A DNA stretch of 64,000 bases from an uncultured Nitrososphaerota archaeon (GCA_963703285.1 OY969807.1:1632001-1696000); one strand, 5' to 3'. Shown: positions 19,619 through 30,111, counted from the stretch's first letter. Program-made: numbers and translations. The notes: a model not told the origin generated them from the sequence alone.

Positions 19619-20032
19619 TTAGATTCCTCGGCCGAGCTTCTCGCTGACTACGGTTGATAGATAGTACGTGCCATCGACAATCTCAGGGCTGAGCAGGATT
19701 ACGAGGCTGCAGAGGCTGAGGAGTATGATGGCCAGACCGGGGATGATGAAAGAGGTGGTGTACCCCGTGGTCCCGATAAGGTACTGGTACGGACCGAGCA
19801 CCAGTGTTGAGAAGTAGTATCCGTGACTCTGAGACGAATAGCTCCCGCCCCAGTTGAAGAGAGCGAGCGCTATGGAGTTGAAGCCGGTGTAGTGGCCGTT
19901 GTTTGGACAGTTACCGTAAAGCCCGGAACAGATGACCCTAGTCGAGTATGGGATTATCGGCGCAAAGAACGCAAAGAGCGTCGCGAGGATGCTCGCGGCG
20001 GCGCCCCAACGAAGGCGACTCTTCCATCCCAT
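19619..20032 (-). CDS. Small membrane protein (FFAPIIP family)
   Basis: Two hydrophobic segments, Cys pair; resembles 47681-47959. Confidence 0.7.
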   Translation of the reverse strand: MGWKSRLRWGAAASILATLFAFFAPIIPYSTRVICSGLYGNCPNNGHYTGFNSIALALFNWGGSYSSQSHGYYFSTLVLGPYQYLIGTTGYTTSFIIPGLAIILLSLCSLVILLSPEIVDGTYYLSTVVSEKLGRGI

Positions 20033-20054
20033 AATGCTGTTCGGGTGGGTTCGA

Positions 20055-20074
20055 GATTAATAGTTTTGTCCGAG
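20055..20074 (-). repeat. Dispersed element copy D
   Basis: CTCGGACAAAACTATTAATC. Confidence 0.9.
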
Positions 20075-20172
20075 CGTGAGAAACCTGCTACTCCTTCTCG
20101 GTGGCCGGCAATGTCGCTGCACGGTGGACTTCATAATTTACCATCGACTGAGTTCGATAAAATTCTGTTAAA

Positions 20173-20901
20173 TCATCCGGCACGTCTTTCGATAGTTACT
20201 CCAATCGCTTCAGTTCGCTCAGCAAGGGTCGGGTAGAATCTCGTCTGAATCCTGTACCTCATCGCCTTCCTAGTCTTCTCGCTTATCGCGCTCTCCCAAA
20301 GGGACAGGGCGCGTATCAGATCCTCGCCGTTCACGTACCTTGCAGCATCCGCGTCGCAGTTCAGCTCCGTCCGTCGTCTCCAATGAGCGTTGATCAGGCT
20401 GAGAAACGTGGAAGACAACACGAAGATGAGCACGGTAGCGACGCCTACGCCCACTTCCTCAAGGACAGCTGCAGACGCGCTGTAGGGCAGCACAGAAGAA
20501 ATCGTGATCATCAACGCGAGCGTGACAGCGAGGGATGGTAGAGGAATACGCAGGAACCTCCTAACACCGTCGTTCGACTTGATGTGAGAGAACTCGTGCG
20601 CCGCTATGGCCATTCTCTCGCCGTCGTCAAGCTTGTTCCAGTACCATCTCCCGAAGGCAACCCCGCCGGGGAAGCTGAATGCAGAATACGCGCGTCTCGC
20701 GAAGAAGTATCGCTGCTTTCTGTTCAGGCGATTGAGCACACCCATCCGCTCTGCGAGTTCATCCAATTGCGGCGAGTCGAACGGCTCGAGCTTGCGGCGG
20801 AACCTGAGAAATCGATATGCGAGGAAGCTCAAGCGAAGTCCAGCGTCAGTCGACGAAGGATATACGATTTCGTCTCCCTTTCGTGCTTGATTCTTAGCCA
20901 C
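20173..20901 (-). CDS. M48 (HtpX-like) zinc metalloprotease
   Basis: AIAAHEFSH, two TMs, ELNCDADA, C-terminal YPTLAER. Confidence 0.8.
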   Translation of the reverse strand: MAKNQARKGDEIVYPSSTDAGLRLSFLAYRFLRFRRKLEPFDSPQLDELAERMGVLNRLNRKQRYFFARRAYSAFSFPGGVAFGRWYWNKLDDGERMAIAAHEFSHIKSNDGVRRFLRIPLPSLAVTLALMITISSVLPYSASAAVLEEVGVGVATVLIFVLSSTFLSLINAHWRRRTELNCDADAARYVNGEDLIRALSLWESAISEKTRKAMRYRIQTRFYPTLAERTEAIGVTIERRAG

Positions 20902-21024
20902 TCGTCAATGCGTTGCAGACTTGAGTATCCCGTGCAGTCCGGCCCCCGCCAGGAGGAGGCCGACAAAAGCCAGCCCGTATTCTATCGGTCCGGGTCCGCC
21001 AATCGAGCTGATTCCGCGGTCGTT

Positions 21025-21861
21025 TCACGTCGCTATGCTTGGGCAAGACCGGCCGCTGTGATTAATAGCTATGTCATGTCCGAACCTGAGAAATCTGCTA
21101 GTCATTCTCGATGACCAGCTTCCCTCTCTTGAGCCTCTGCTGCAGTTCTTGGCCCAGGGTCTCGCAGACGACGATACTTGAGCGCATTCTTGCTTCGACC
21201 GTCGCTGGGGCTCGCGGGCACCCACTCGCAGGCCTACCAGCCAAGGCCGTGAGTCGGTACTTTCGGTTGCGTTCCAGCTAGACGCCGGCGGCGACGGGGT
21301 CGGTGGGGCGTGCGCTGTCGACGCCGTTTGGCCTTCGTCGCGCTTCCTGGCGCTGAACGCCTCGACCGCGAAGATGAGCAGGATGATGGCAGCAACTAGG
21401 ATGTAGTTGAGAGGCGGCGGGAACGCCTCCGAGATCCTACCCAGGAACGGCAGCGAGAAGACGACCAGCCCCTTCACGCACTCGGCGGCGACTGGAGGCC
21501 ACCCGGTCGGCTCGTCGGGTGCCGGGTTCGTTTGCCTGTTGTCGCCCTGCGTTATCAGACCCTCGCTCGTGATGCCGACGACCCTGTGCACTATGACCTC
21601 GCTCGTGCACCCTCCTCCGACGGCCGGCCGCGCGAACACAATCACGTCTCCCACGTGGATGCTGCTGTACTGGATCGGCACGACGACCACTAGGTCCCCG
21701 ACTTCGAGGGTGGGCCTCATGCTGAGGGTTGGGTAGACGTCGTAGACCTGGATGCCACCTATCCGGTCGTTGATGAGGAACGCCGCCCCGGCCACGACGA
21801 GCAGGACGACCACCGCGTAGGCGGCGGCGTGGCTTACCTTGCTCTTCGAGTTCATGTGCAC
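21025..21861 (-). CDS. Signal peptidase I (S26, Sec11-like); 3' end probably over-extended
   Basis: SMRPTLEVGD, IVHRV, TQGDN motifs; last ~80 aa look non-coding. Confidence 0.82.
   Translation of the reverse strand: MHMNSKSKVSHAAAYAVVVLLVVAGAAFLINDRIGGIQVYDVYPTLSMRPTLEVGDLVVVVPIQYSSIHVGDVIVFARPAVGGGCTSEVIVHRVVGITSEGLITQGDNRQTNPAPDEPTGWPPVAAECVKGLVVFSLPFLGRISEAFPPPLNYILVAAIILLIFAVEAFSARKRDEGQTASTAHAPPTPSPPASSWNATESTDSRPWLVGLRVGAREPQRRSKQECAQVSSSARPWAKNCSRGSREGSWSSRMTSRFLRFGHDIAINHSGRSCPSIAT
21060..21084 (-). repeat. Dispersed element copy E with a 5-bp internal duplication
   Basis: TTCGGACAT(GACAT)AGCTATTAATC. Confidence 0.75.
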
Positions 21862-21975
21862 CGGAAGCGTGCTAGTCAGCAGGGGTGGGAGATGAGGTTG
21901 TCGATGGGCTCGTGGGGGCCCTGGGACGTGTAGTCGCCAACGCTTATCTCCAGATAGAGGACGGGCCTCCCTTCC

Positions 21976-23252
21976 TTGAAAGCGGGCGGCGCGCTCCGTA
22001 ACCGGGACTTCGCGCGACTCTTCTTCGCGGGCGCTGCGTCTATCGGGGGATTCTCAATAGGTCAGGTCGCCGTAAATTATCTGGTCTTCACCAGAACTCG
22101 CTCTTCGATAGACCTCGCCGAAGTCGGAGTGGCCTTCACTATCGGCTTGGTCACTCTAAGTCTCTTCGCGGGGACACTTGCCGATAGGCAAGATTGGCGG
22201 GTACTCATGATAGTCTGCGATGTGGTCAGGGCCGCGGCACTTGGCCTCGGGACGCTCTGGCTCCTCTTGATCGGGTTCAACCTGTCGCTGGTCCTCGTGG
22301 TGAGCTTCATTCTCGGCTCGTTCACCGCGTTATTCCAGCCCGCGGAGCGCGCGATGATGCCAACAATCCTGCAGAAGCACCTGCTCGCGGAAGGTAATGG
22401 TCTGGTCCAGCTGACCAGCTCCCTTGCCCAGGCTATCTCGAACGCTCTCGGCGGGGCCCTCGTCGTCGCAGTCGGGGCCATCCTGGCCATTGGATTGAAC
22501 TCCGTAACCTTCCTCGTGTCCGGCCTGCTCATCGTGACGCTGACGATAAGGAGACCGCAGGCGGACCCCGGCGGCAGACCGTCGCATGAAGCGAGGCCCA
22601 GCTTCATCGAGGACACTCGGGAGGGCGCCAGGTACCTGAGGGGCAACAGGCCACTCTTCCTGCTGACGATTTCGGCGGGCTTCGTGAATTTCTTCTTCTA
22701 TATGATGCTCCCCTATTTCGTAATCTACACGACCGACGTTCTGCATGGTGACGCGACCATCTACGGGCTCTTCCTCGGCGCCTTCGCGCTTGGCGCGGCC
22801 CGGGATCGCTGATGGTTGGAAGGTTCGGCATGGTCAAGCGCGCGGGTCTCGTGTGGACGGTTTCCGGGGTGGTGGGTGGAGCCCTTCTTCTATCGCTCAT
22901 ACTCGTCCCCGTCCCGGCGGTTGCCTTTGGAGCTATCTTCGCATTCGGAGTAGTGCTCGGAATCTCCAATACTACCTGGCTCTCGATCGTTCAGATAATC
23001 GTCCCCAACGAGATGCAGGGGCGCTACTTCGGGATCGACCAGCTCGGGAGCGTCGCTCTCCTCCCGGTCGGTCAGGCGCTAGGAGGCCTCGCCATCGCCT
23101 CGTTCGGACTTCCATGGACCTATGAGTTCGCTGGCGGCGCCTTCCTTCTAAGCGGCCTTGTCTTCCTTGGATTCCCCGCGCTCAGGAACCTTGGATACTC
23201 GAGCGGCGCGGAGCACGAGAAGGGAATGGGGCCAGGTTCGGGTCAAAATTGA
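21976..23252 (+). CDS. MFS transporter split by a frameshift near 22797
   Basis: GTLADR motif in ORF1; ORF2 (22812-23252) continues the TM pattern; one extra G restores ...GAGPGSLM. Confidence 0.85.
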
Positions 23253-23303
23253 GGGAGCAGACGCATGGCCGAAGGCGGGCGTTCTTTGCTGTTAGGCCAA
23301 GGT

Positions 23304-23612
23304 CTATGGACCGTTGGGAGTGGGCCGGTGTTTCGCAAGAGCCGCTCTTTCTTCCTCACTAATGGAATCCGAGTGTTTGATTAGTTCGTGGACGTAATCT
23401 TCGGCTTCGATCAACATTTTTTTGATTCCGTCCAGTGTCTTCACTTTGGTCATGTGTTCTATGTCATCAGCCAGCCCGATCAAACTCCTTGCCTCAACAA
23501 GGAGATATTTCAACTCTGGGTTCTCACTAGTTGACTTGGATAAGGCTTCGACTACTTGTCTTCGAATCTCTTCAGTCCTATCTTTAGACACTTGTGGCAT
23601 TCGCGTTATCAA
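23304..23612 (-). CDS. Putative immunity protein of RHS toxin
   Basis: Small, AT-richer, overlaps the toxin stop codon. Confidence 0.55.
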   Translation of the reverse strand: MITRMPQVSKDRTEEIRRQVVEALSKSTSENPELKYLLVEARSLIGLADDIEHMTKVKTLDGIKKMLIEAEDYVHELIKHSDSISEEERAALAKHRPTPNGP

Positions 23613-26567
23613 AGTGTCATTTGAATATAACTAATTCCGTAGTCTTCGAGTGCTTGCCTGAAAGCTTGTCCTGCAAATGTTCCTGACCATGGATTGTCAA
23701 GCAGGATGAACAGAACCCTCGATGTTTGACCGGACATCTGTGCGAGCGCGTACTTGGCCATCTGTGTATCTGCGAAGTCACTGACCGATTGAGAACCGAC
23801 TTTGACGTCAACGCTTATTTCCGTGTCTGGATTGAAGAAATCTGGATAGAGCTTCCCGGCAAAAGTCGGAATCATCTTGCCTTCGATGAACCCAAGGGAT
23901 TTCATCAGTGGCCTCATGAAAGTCTTCCCCCACTCTCCTGTTGCTTGGGAATTGTCGGCTTTGGGACCGAGATCTTCCAGCATTGATGCCATTTCAGTAT
24001 TAACGCTGTCCTGTAGTACGCCGCCTGTTTCGTCCGAAATGGTTGCTTGGACAGGTAGCTCCTCTTGTGCTGCTGCCGCGGCTACCCCTGATATTGCACC
24101 TCCGACAAATGATGATGTTAGCGCAGATTCTGCTACGACCTCGCTTGCATCTGTAATAGGATCCAAACCGAGCTGAAACACATTAGCTATGGTAAGCCCT
24201 ATGACTGCGCTGAGAAGAATTGCTTGGGTCGGGGTCCATGAGAGGGGATTCCACCATGTCAGTCCTGAAGGATCGATTATCGCGAGGGGATTGTCCCGGG
24301 CATAAGCGTAAGCGTTCATGCTTTGTGGGTCCGACTGGACTCCGCCGATTGGGTCTGCCGTTAGGAACTTCCCGGTGCTCGGATTGTAGAACCTTGCGTT
24401 ATCGTAATAGAGGCCGCTCGCCGCGTCGAAGAGCATTCCGGCGTACATGAACTCCTCGCTGCCCGTCGCCCCGTACTGGATGCCGTACGGCACGTAGTCG
24501 CTGCTGAAGACCGGGGAGCCCCCGCTGGTCACTAGCCTCGTGCTCTCGAGCTCGTCCTGGTGGAGGAAGAGCGTCGACGATGTCGTGATGCTGGCCACCT
24601 GCATCCCGCTCGCGTAGGCGTATTTGGTAGCCACGCCCGTCTGGAGGCTCTTCTGGTAGACCACGTTCAGCCCCGAGTAGAGGTAGAGAGTAGTCCCGGC
24701 GCTCGTGGTCTGTTCGACGCGCCTCCCGTCCCCGTCGTAGTAGTTCTGCTGGACCAGCACGCCGTTATCGAACGCCTTCGTCATCTCGCTCTGGGTGTTG
24801 TACTCGTACGTCCAGACGTTGGTTCCATCGTTCTGCATCACGAGGTCGCCGTCTCCGTCGTAGGAGTACGTCGTCGTCCCGCTCGCGGTGGTAGACCTTA
24901 CGAGCTCGTCCATGCTGTTGTAGGTGTACTCGACCGTCGCCGACGAGTTCTGCTCCTTGACCATGTTCCCCGCCGCGTCGTAGGAGTAGGTGGTAGTCCC
25001 CCAGGGGCCTGTCGAGCTGGTGAGCCTGTCCAGCGCGTCGTACCCGAACTTCTCGGAGCCAATCGACATCACGTTGCCGTCTGCGTCGTACGTATACGAG
25101 AGGCTCAGCTCCTGCGTGGACCCCTTCGTGGTCGTGATGCTCGTCGGCTGGTCCATGCTGTCGTAGGCGTAGCTCGTTACCTCCCCGTTGCCGTAGGTTA
25201 TCGCGCTCGATCGTGTCGTCTGGGTTGTAGGTTAACGAGGCGTAGGTCGTCCCGCCGCTGGAGACCTTCGTCACCCTGTCGAGGGCATCGTACGAATATG
25301 ATACCTTGGTGGTGTCTGGGTACGTGATCGACTGCACGTCTCCGTCCACGTTGTAGGCGTACGAGGCGGTGTACGAGGCGGTGTACGAGGCGGTGTACGA
25401 GGCGGTGTACGAGGTACCGCCGATGATGTCGGTCTCGGACGTCTCCTCGTTAAGGGCGTTGTAGGAGTACTTGATCTGGTCGACGCCGTTCGTGACGGTG
25501 AGCTCGTTCCCGTTCTTGTCGTAGGTGTAGCTCGTGCTCGTGCCGTCTGGGTAGTTCACCGTAGCCAGCCGGTAGAGAAAGTCGTAGGAGTACGTCGTGA
25601 CGCGGCCCTCTTCATCCGTCGTGCTGACCACGTTGCCCACGGAGTCGTAGCTGGTCTTCTCGGTCGTGCCGTCCGGGTTGACGGTCTCGACCAAGCGGTT
25701 GAGGTCGTCATAGGAGTAGCGTGTGACTTGGTTCGCATCAGGCCCCACAACCTTCACGAGGTTTCCGGCGCCGTCGTATGTGTATGTGGTCGCGTTGTAG
25801 CCGCTGCCCCAGTACTCCCTGACCGCGACCAGGTTCTGCATGAAGTCGTAGACGTCCTGCGTGACGTGGTCGTCGCCGTCGGTCGTCGTCTCGGTGTTCG
25901 TCGTGTCGTTGTATGCCATTGATTCGTGCGACCCGTTGGGGTTAGTCACCCCGGTCTGCCTCCCGAGGCTGTCGTAGGTGTACCTGTAGGTCGCCCCGTT
26001 CGGCGCCTGTTCCGTCAGGACCTCGTTGAGCCAGTTGTAGGTGTAGTACTCGGCGGAGTAGGGCGCGGAGGGGGAGGAGTACGTCTGCTCTTCCGTGAGC
26101 CTCCCCAGCCCGTCGTAGTAGTACTTCGTCATGTTGCCGCTCGGATTGGTCTCGGTGACTACGTTGCTCGCGTCGTTGTAGGAGTAAGATGTGGTCGCGA
26201 CCACCCCATCGACGGCTGGAGAGGTCTCGGACGTGAGGCGCCCCAGCGCGTCGTACGTGTAGGTAGTCGTGTTCCCCTCGCCGTTGGTCTGGGACGTCAT
26301 ATCCCCGGTCGCGAAGTTGTAGGTGTAGGAGACCGTGTCGTCTGGCGCCGCGTAGCAGTTTGAGGTCCCCGACGAGGTCTCCGAGGTCACGTATGCGCTC
26401 TCGTAGGTCGAGGAGTAGGTGTAGCAGGTCTCGTGGTGAAGCGGGTCCGTCATCGTCTGCACATTAGCGAGGACGTCGTAGGTATAGGAGGTGATGAGCC
26501 ACGTGTTCACGCCGGGGGAGGGACTGTAGAGCTGCGCTTGCCTGAGCACCTCGCTGTTGCTGTAGTA
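23609..26567 (-). pseudogene. RHS/YD-repeat protein with C-terminal PD-(D/E)xK-like toxin; 5'-truncated, frameshift near 25205
   Basis: YTYDALGRL repeats, core LYYDNARFYNP...YAYARDNPLAIIDPSG, tip YPDFFNPDTEISVDVKVG; frame begins after a stop at 26568-26570. Confidence 0.85.
25359..25414. repeat. 12-bp tandem repeat (GTACGAGGCGGT) x4.7 encoding SYTA repeats
   Basis: Direct reading. Confidence 0.9.
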
Positions 26568-26570
26568 TCA

Positions 26571-27335
26571 GAGTGGATTGCATCGACTGTAGGCCTCCTT
26601 GAATTAGAAGGAATCCTTGCTGGCGCAAGTTTCCTCGCCTATTTTACGTTACACGAACAGAAAGACAAATCCGTTAAGAGATTGGAAAAACTCAGGCTCC
26701 AACGAGTCAGATTAAGACTCTCAGATATGATAAAAGAGAATGCCAATTCTAAGGAGATAACCAAGGAGACCGAAGATAAGTTCCAAAATCTGTTTGAGAA
26801 CGAATACTCCGAAGCCTCTGAACCTTCGGGAACTCTCCGTACGATGGATGCGGCATTTCTATTCTCAGGGGTGCTTCTCTCTGTCGCCGCTCTCATAGAT
26901 TGGGCACAATCTAATCCCTCGCTCGTGCTACCGGCAGGGTCGCTTGTGCCGGTCGAAGCCGAGACTTTCGGGCTCGGGGTGTTACTCCTTGGCGTAGGAA
27001 TCTTCGAACTTGAAGGGCTTCGTAGAATGAGCGACAAGGAGCCAGACCTCGACCCTGCGCCCTTCGGCTATATCCTAATCTTTGGGTTGATATTCGCCAC
27101 CGACGCATATTTCCTATGGTTGACAACGACCTACTATAGCCAGCTCACACAGTTCGGTCAAACCCTCTTCTTTGCTTCTTTCTTGCCGATTGCCGGAATC
27201 ATTCTAGTTATCACGACATGGGAGGACGAAGATTGGAGGCGCATTCTGGGAATGATTCTTTTGTTTGCCCCATATGTGGTATACGCTATTTGGATTCTCG
27301 CCTATTCCTTGAGTTCGGTCGTTCACCTTGGTTAG
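26571..27335 (+). CDS. Multi-pass membrane protein, possibly 5'-truncated
   Basis: AT-richer codon usage starts near 26570; upstream part of the listed ORF is antisense RHS. Confidence 0.6.
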   Translation, partial: EWIASTVGLLELEGILAGASFLAYFTLHEQKDKSVKRLEKLRLQRVRLRLSDMIKENANSKEITKETEDKFQNLFENEYSEASEPSGTLRTMDAAFLFSGVLLSVAALIDWAQSNPSLVLPAGSLVPVEAETFGLGVLLLGVGIFELEGLRRMSDKEPDLDPAPFGYILIFGLIFATDAYFLWLTTTYYSQLTQFGQTLFFASFLPIAGIILVITTWEDEDWRRILGMILLFAPYVVYAIWILAYSLSSVVHLG

Positions 27336-27691
27336 CCCTTCGCCAGATACTCGCTCAGTATGTATCGAATCGTCTCCGGTATCGACTTCGATCATGGGGA
27401 TGTCCGACGCATGTCGGAGAGCTCAGTCTTCGCGATAGCTTCGCGCTCTTCGGGTGTCGCAAACGAATCGTGGAAGAAAGAGATGGTCACTGAGGGGTTC
27501 TGCGGATCCGGCATTCTGATTTCGCCGCCGCCCCAGCCGTCGCAGACCTGGGTGAGCAGGACGAGTGCGGAGTAGGACATGCAAACTGTGCCGAGCTCGC
27601 CGAGCTGCCTCGAGTGGCGGCAGTTAGCGCAGGAGGCTTCCATAATCATGCCTCGCTTCTCTCTGGATGCTCTGTAGTGCGGCGGCTCCAT
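27332..27691 (-). pseudogene. Cys-motif small ORF in frame with a ribbon-helix-helix-like ORF containing an internal TGA
   Basis: CANCRH...C...C; frame continues past TGA (27392-27394) as SKSIPETIRYILSEYLAKG*. Confidence 0.4.
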
Positions 27692-27822
27692 GGCGAACTA
27701 GGTCGGAGGGCTACAAAAGGACCAACGTGTCTTGGATTCGTCTAGTCGCCGACGCTCTAGCCTGTGTAATTCTTCCACTCTGCCACAGGTTAATCGTTAA
27801 GAGCCCCCGATTCCGCTAGAGG

Positions 27823-28059
27823 ATGGAGGGCACCGGGTTGGATACCAGGAGGCTCAAGAATGGTCCCGAAATCGTCTTCCTGCTCGGGCTGATCGGCTTC
27901 CTTGTCTGGCTCTACTGGATGCTCTCCAGCCACCCCGCCCCCAATCCCTTCGTGACCTACACCATTCTCCTGATCTTCGTCTGGCTGATGATAATCTCCG
28001 CCGTCGAGATAGTCTACTCGTTCCGGGCAAGGCGGACCGCCGCGCAAAAGCCGAGGTGA
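27823..28059 (+). CDS. Small two-TM membrane protein
   Basis: Two hydrophobic helices. Confidence 0.65.
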   Translation: MEGTGLDTRRLKNGPEIVFLLGLIGFLVWLYWMLSSHPAPNPFVTYTILLIFVWLMIISAVEIVYSFRARRTAAQKPR

Positions 28060-28129
28060 GCCCTAGACGTTGTTCGCGACGAGGATGAAAAGCGCCAGCG
28101 AAGAACACGGCAGGCAGGACACACCTTCG

Positions 28130-28149
28130 TTCGGACAAAACTATTAATC
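28130..28149 (+). repeat. Dispersed element copy F
   Basis: TTCGGACAAAACTATTAATC exact consensus. Confidence 0.9.
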
Positions 28150-28186
28150 AAAAACTCGGAGGAGCGCCTAGCGGGCGCTTTCAGTC

Positions 28187-28684
28187 GTGAACCCCCAGTC
28201 CACCCGGCCCCAACTGGTCATACCCGCGGCGATTATCATAGCGGCCATCCTGATTGCCGTGAGTATATCCGTCGCGGTCGGGGGAGAAAGGACGACGACG
28301 GTCACAGTCACCCCCACGAACTCAACTGGCGAAGTGGTCTACAAGGTGACTTTCCAGCAGGTCCAGTACTGCGGCCTGTACAATATCCTGCCCTGGGCGG
28401 TGACTGTCGGCGGCCTGACGCAGGTCCAGCCGTCCAACCAGACTCTTCCATTGCCGACGAACACGTTCTCCACGGTCGTTCCGGACCAGAGCCTCACACG
28501 GATGACGTTCTACCTCCCCCCGGGCGCCTACAGCTACATCGTGTACGGTGGTTCGGGCAACGGCCCCGGGGGGCAGCTTTACCCGACCAGCGGGACCTTC
28601 CAGGTTGTCGGGTCGAACCTCGTCCTCAACGAGGACGTCTACCTGAGCTTCACGTGCGCGCCGACGACCAGTAGTATTGCATGA
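28187..28684 (+). CDS. Membrane-anchored secreted beta-rich protein
   Basis: AAIIIAAILIAVS TM like 18916-19560, Thr run, Cys pair. Confidence 0.82.
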   Translation: MNPQSTRPQLVIPAAIIIAAILIAVSISVAVGGERTTTVTVTPTNSTGEVVYKVTFQQVQYCGLYNILPWAVTVGGLTQVQPSNQTLPLPTNTFSTVVPDQSLTRMTFYLPPGAYSYIVYGGSGNGPGGQLYPTSGTFQVVGSNLVLNEDVYLSFTCAPTTSSIA

Positions 28685-28722
28685 GAGACCAGAAACCCGA
28701 CCTCAGATGCCCAAGACCGGAT

Positions 28723-28756
28723 TTTAGGGCCCTAAACGCGCTTATTAGGCATCTAA
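28723..28756. promoter_or_regulatory. Two TTAG-N4-CTAA palindromes upstream of the AbrB-like gene
   Basis: TTTAGGGCCCTAAA (28723-28736) and TTAGGCATCTAA (28745-28756). Confidence 0.55.
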
Positions 28757-28775
28757 ACCAACACCTGGTCGTCAG

Positions 28776-28937
28776 ATGCGCCTGCAGAAGCAGAAGACGC
28801 GGGTCGTCAAGGGCAAGGAGTACTTCCGGTGGACGGTCGTCATTCCTCCGTCCAAGGTCAGGGAGCTCGGATGGAAGGAGGGGCAGGAGCTCCGCCAGAG
28901 GCTGAAGAAGGGGAAGCTGGTCATCGAGAAGGATTAG
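28776..28937 (+). CDS. AbrB/MazE/SpoVT-family DNA-binding protein (53 aa, absent from ORF track)
   Basis: MRLQKQKTRVVKGKEYFRWTVVIPPSKVRELGWKEGQEL...GKLVIEKD. Confidence 0.8.
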   Translation: MRLQKQKTRVVKGKEYFRWTVVIPPSKVRELGWKEGQELRQRLKKGKLVIEKD

Positions 28938-28950
28938 CGGGCTTCTTGCG

Positions 28951-28970
28951 TTCGGACAAAACTGTTAATG
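28951..28970 (+). repeat. Dispersed element copy G
   Basis: TTCGGACAAAACTGTTAATG, no intact gene downstream. Confidence 0.85.
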
Positions 28971-29106
28971 AGAAGTAGTGTAGCTTTTCATTGAGATTTA
29001 GGGTTCTAAACTTGGCCATTTGGTATCTAAGATCAATCTACGTCGTCGCTTTCTGATTCTGCTCTGGAAGTGAAAGGGGCGTAAGAACTTACCTATTATG
29101 AATTGT

Positions 29107-29853
29107 CTACTTGATTGCTTTGACTATAGCGGCCAGCTTCTCCTCGAAGTCCTTGGTCTGGAGCAGGTTGCCGATTACTACTAAGTCAGCTCCGGCCCTG
29201 GAGGCTGCCGAGGCGGTTTCTGGGGTTGTGACCCCACCCCCCACGATGAGAAACCCGGGGTACGACGCCCGAACGTCGGCTATCACGCCGGGTAGGATGG
29301 CCCTGTCGGCCCCGCTCCCCGCCTCGAGGTAGAGGAAGCGCATCCCAAGGTAGTGCGCAGCCATGGCGTACATGAGAGCGATGGCGGGCTTGTCGAGCGG
29401 GATGCCCCTCACCTGACCGACGAAGCCGGTCGTGCTGAACTCCCCGAAGACGAGATAGCCCATTGGAATAGCCTCGAGGCCTGTTTTCATGACCTGGATG
29501 GATCCGATGGCCTGGGCGCCGACGATGAAGTAGGGATTTGTGGAATTCAGGAGGGAACTGAAAAGAATTGCATCGGCGTGCGGTGAGATACCTGTGATGT
29601 TGCCTGGAAAGAGGATGACAGGGAGTGTGATGTCACGCTTCAGACGCATCACAACCTCGTCTAAACGTCCCTGATCGGCTATTGTTGAGCCTCCGATGAA
29701 GATGCAGGAGACTCCGAGCTCCTGGACCTTCTTGCCGAGCGCCGCGGCAGCATCTGGAGTGAACTCCTCGGGATCTATCAGAGCGGCTATCAGGGTGCCC
29801 TTCTCCTTCCTCACGCTCAGAAGAGCCCTCTCAGTAGGTCCAGGCTGGCTCAA
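29107..29853 (-). CDS. Geranylgeranylglyceryl phosphate synthase
   Basis: LIDPE, IGGST, LFPGN, YLEAGSGA, VGGG. Confidence 0.92.
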   Translation of the reverse strand: MSQPGPTERALLSVRKEKGTLIAALIDPEEFTPDAAAALGKKVQELGVSCIFIGGSTIADQGRLDEVVMRLKRDITLPVILFPGNITGISPHADAILFSSLLNSTNPYFIVGAQAIGSIQVMKTGLEAIPMGYLVFGEFSTTGFVGQVRGIPLDKPAIALMYAMAAHYLGMRFLYLEAGSGADRAILPGVIADVRASYPGFLIVGGGVTTPETASAASRAGADLVVIGNLLQTKDFEEKLAAIVKAIK

Positions 29854-29856
29854 AGG

Positions 29857-30111
29857 TTACGCACCGGTCTTGGCGAAGTCGTCCACGAAGGTGTTGTAGA
29901 CGTCGATGTCCGGCTTCTGGGTGGCGAACCTGAACTCGCGCCTAAGCTTGCAATTACTGTTTCCGCAGGCCACGACGGTTACGAAATCTTGTGATACTTC
30001 GTCCTGTTGTGATGTGATTCTGACGGCAACAACTCCGCAACGAGGGCAGCTGAATACTTTTGGAAGCGAACGCTTGTTGGCTCGTAGAACTTTCCTTCTT
30101 CTTCTCCCCAT
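29857..30111 (-). CDS. elf1: Transcription elongation factor Elf1
   Basis: MGRRRRK...LPKVFSCPRCG...C..C...DVYNTFVD; ATG at 30111. Confidence 0.88.
   Translation of the reverse strand: MGRRRRKVLRANKRSLPKVFSCPRCGVVAVRITSQQDEVSQDFVTVVACGNSNCKLRREFRFATQKPDIDVYNTFVDDFAKTGA

Noticed and set aside
27392-27394. In-frame TGA as selenocysteine or readthrough
   Set aside because: No redox motif context or visible SECIS; region looks degraded.
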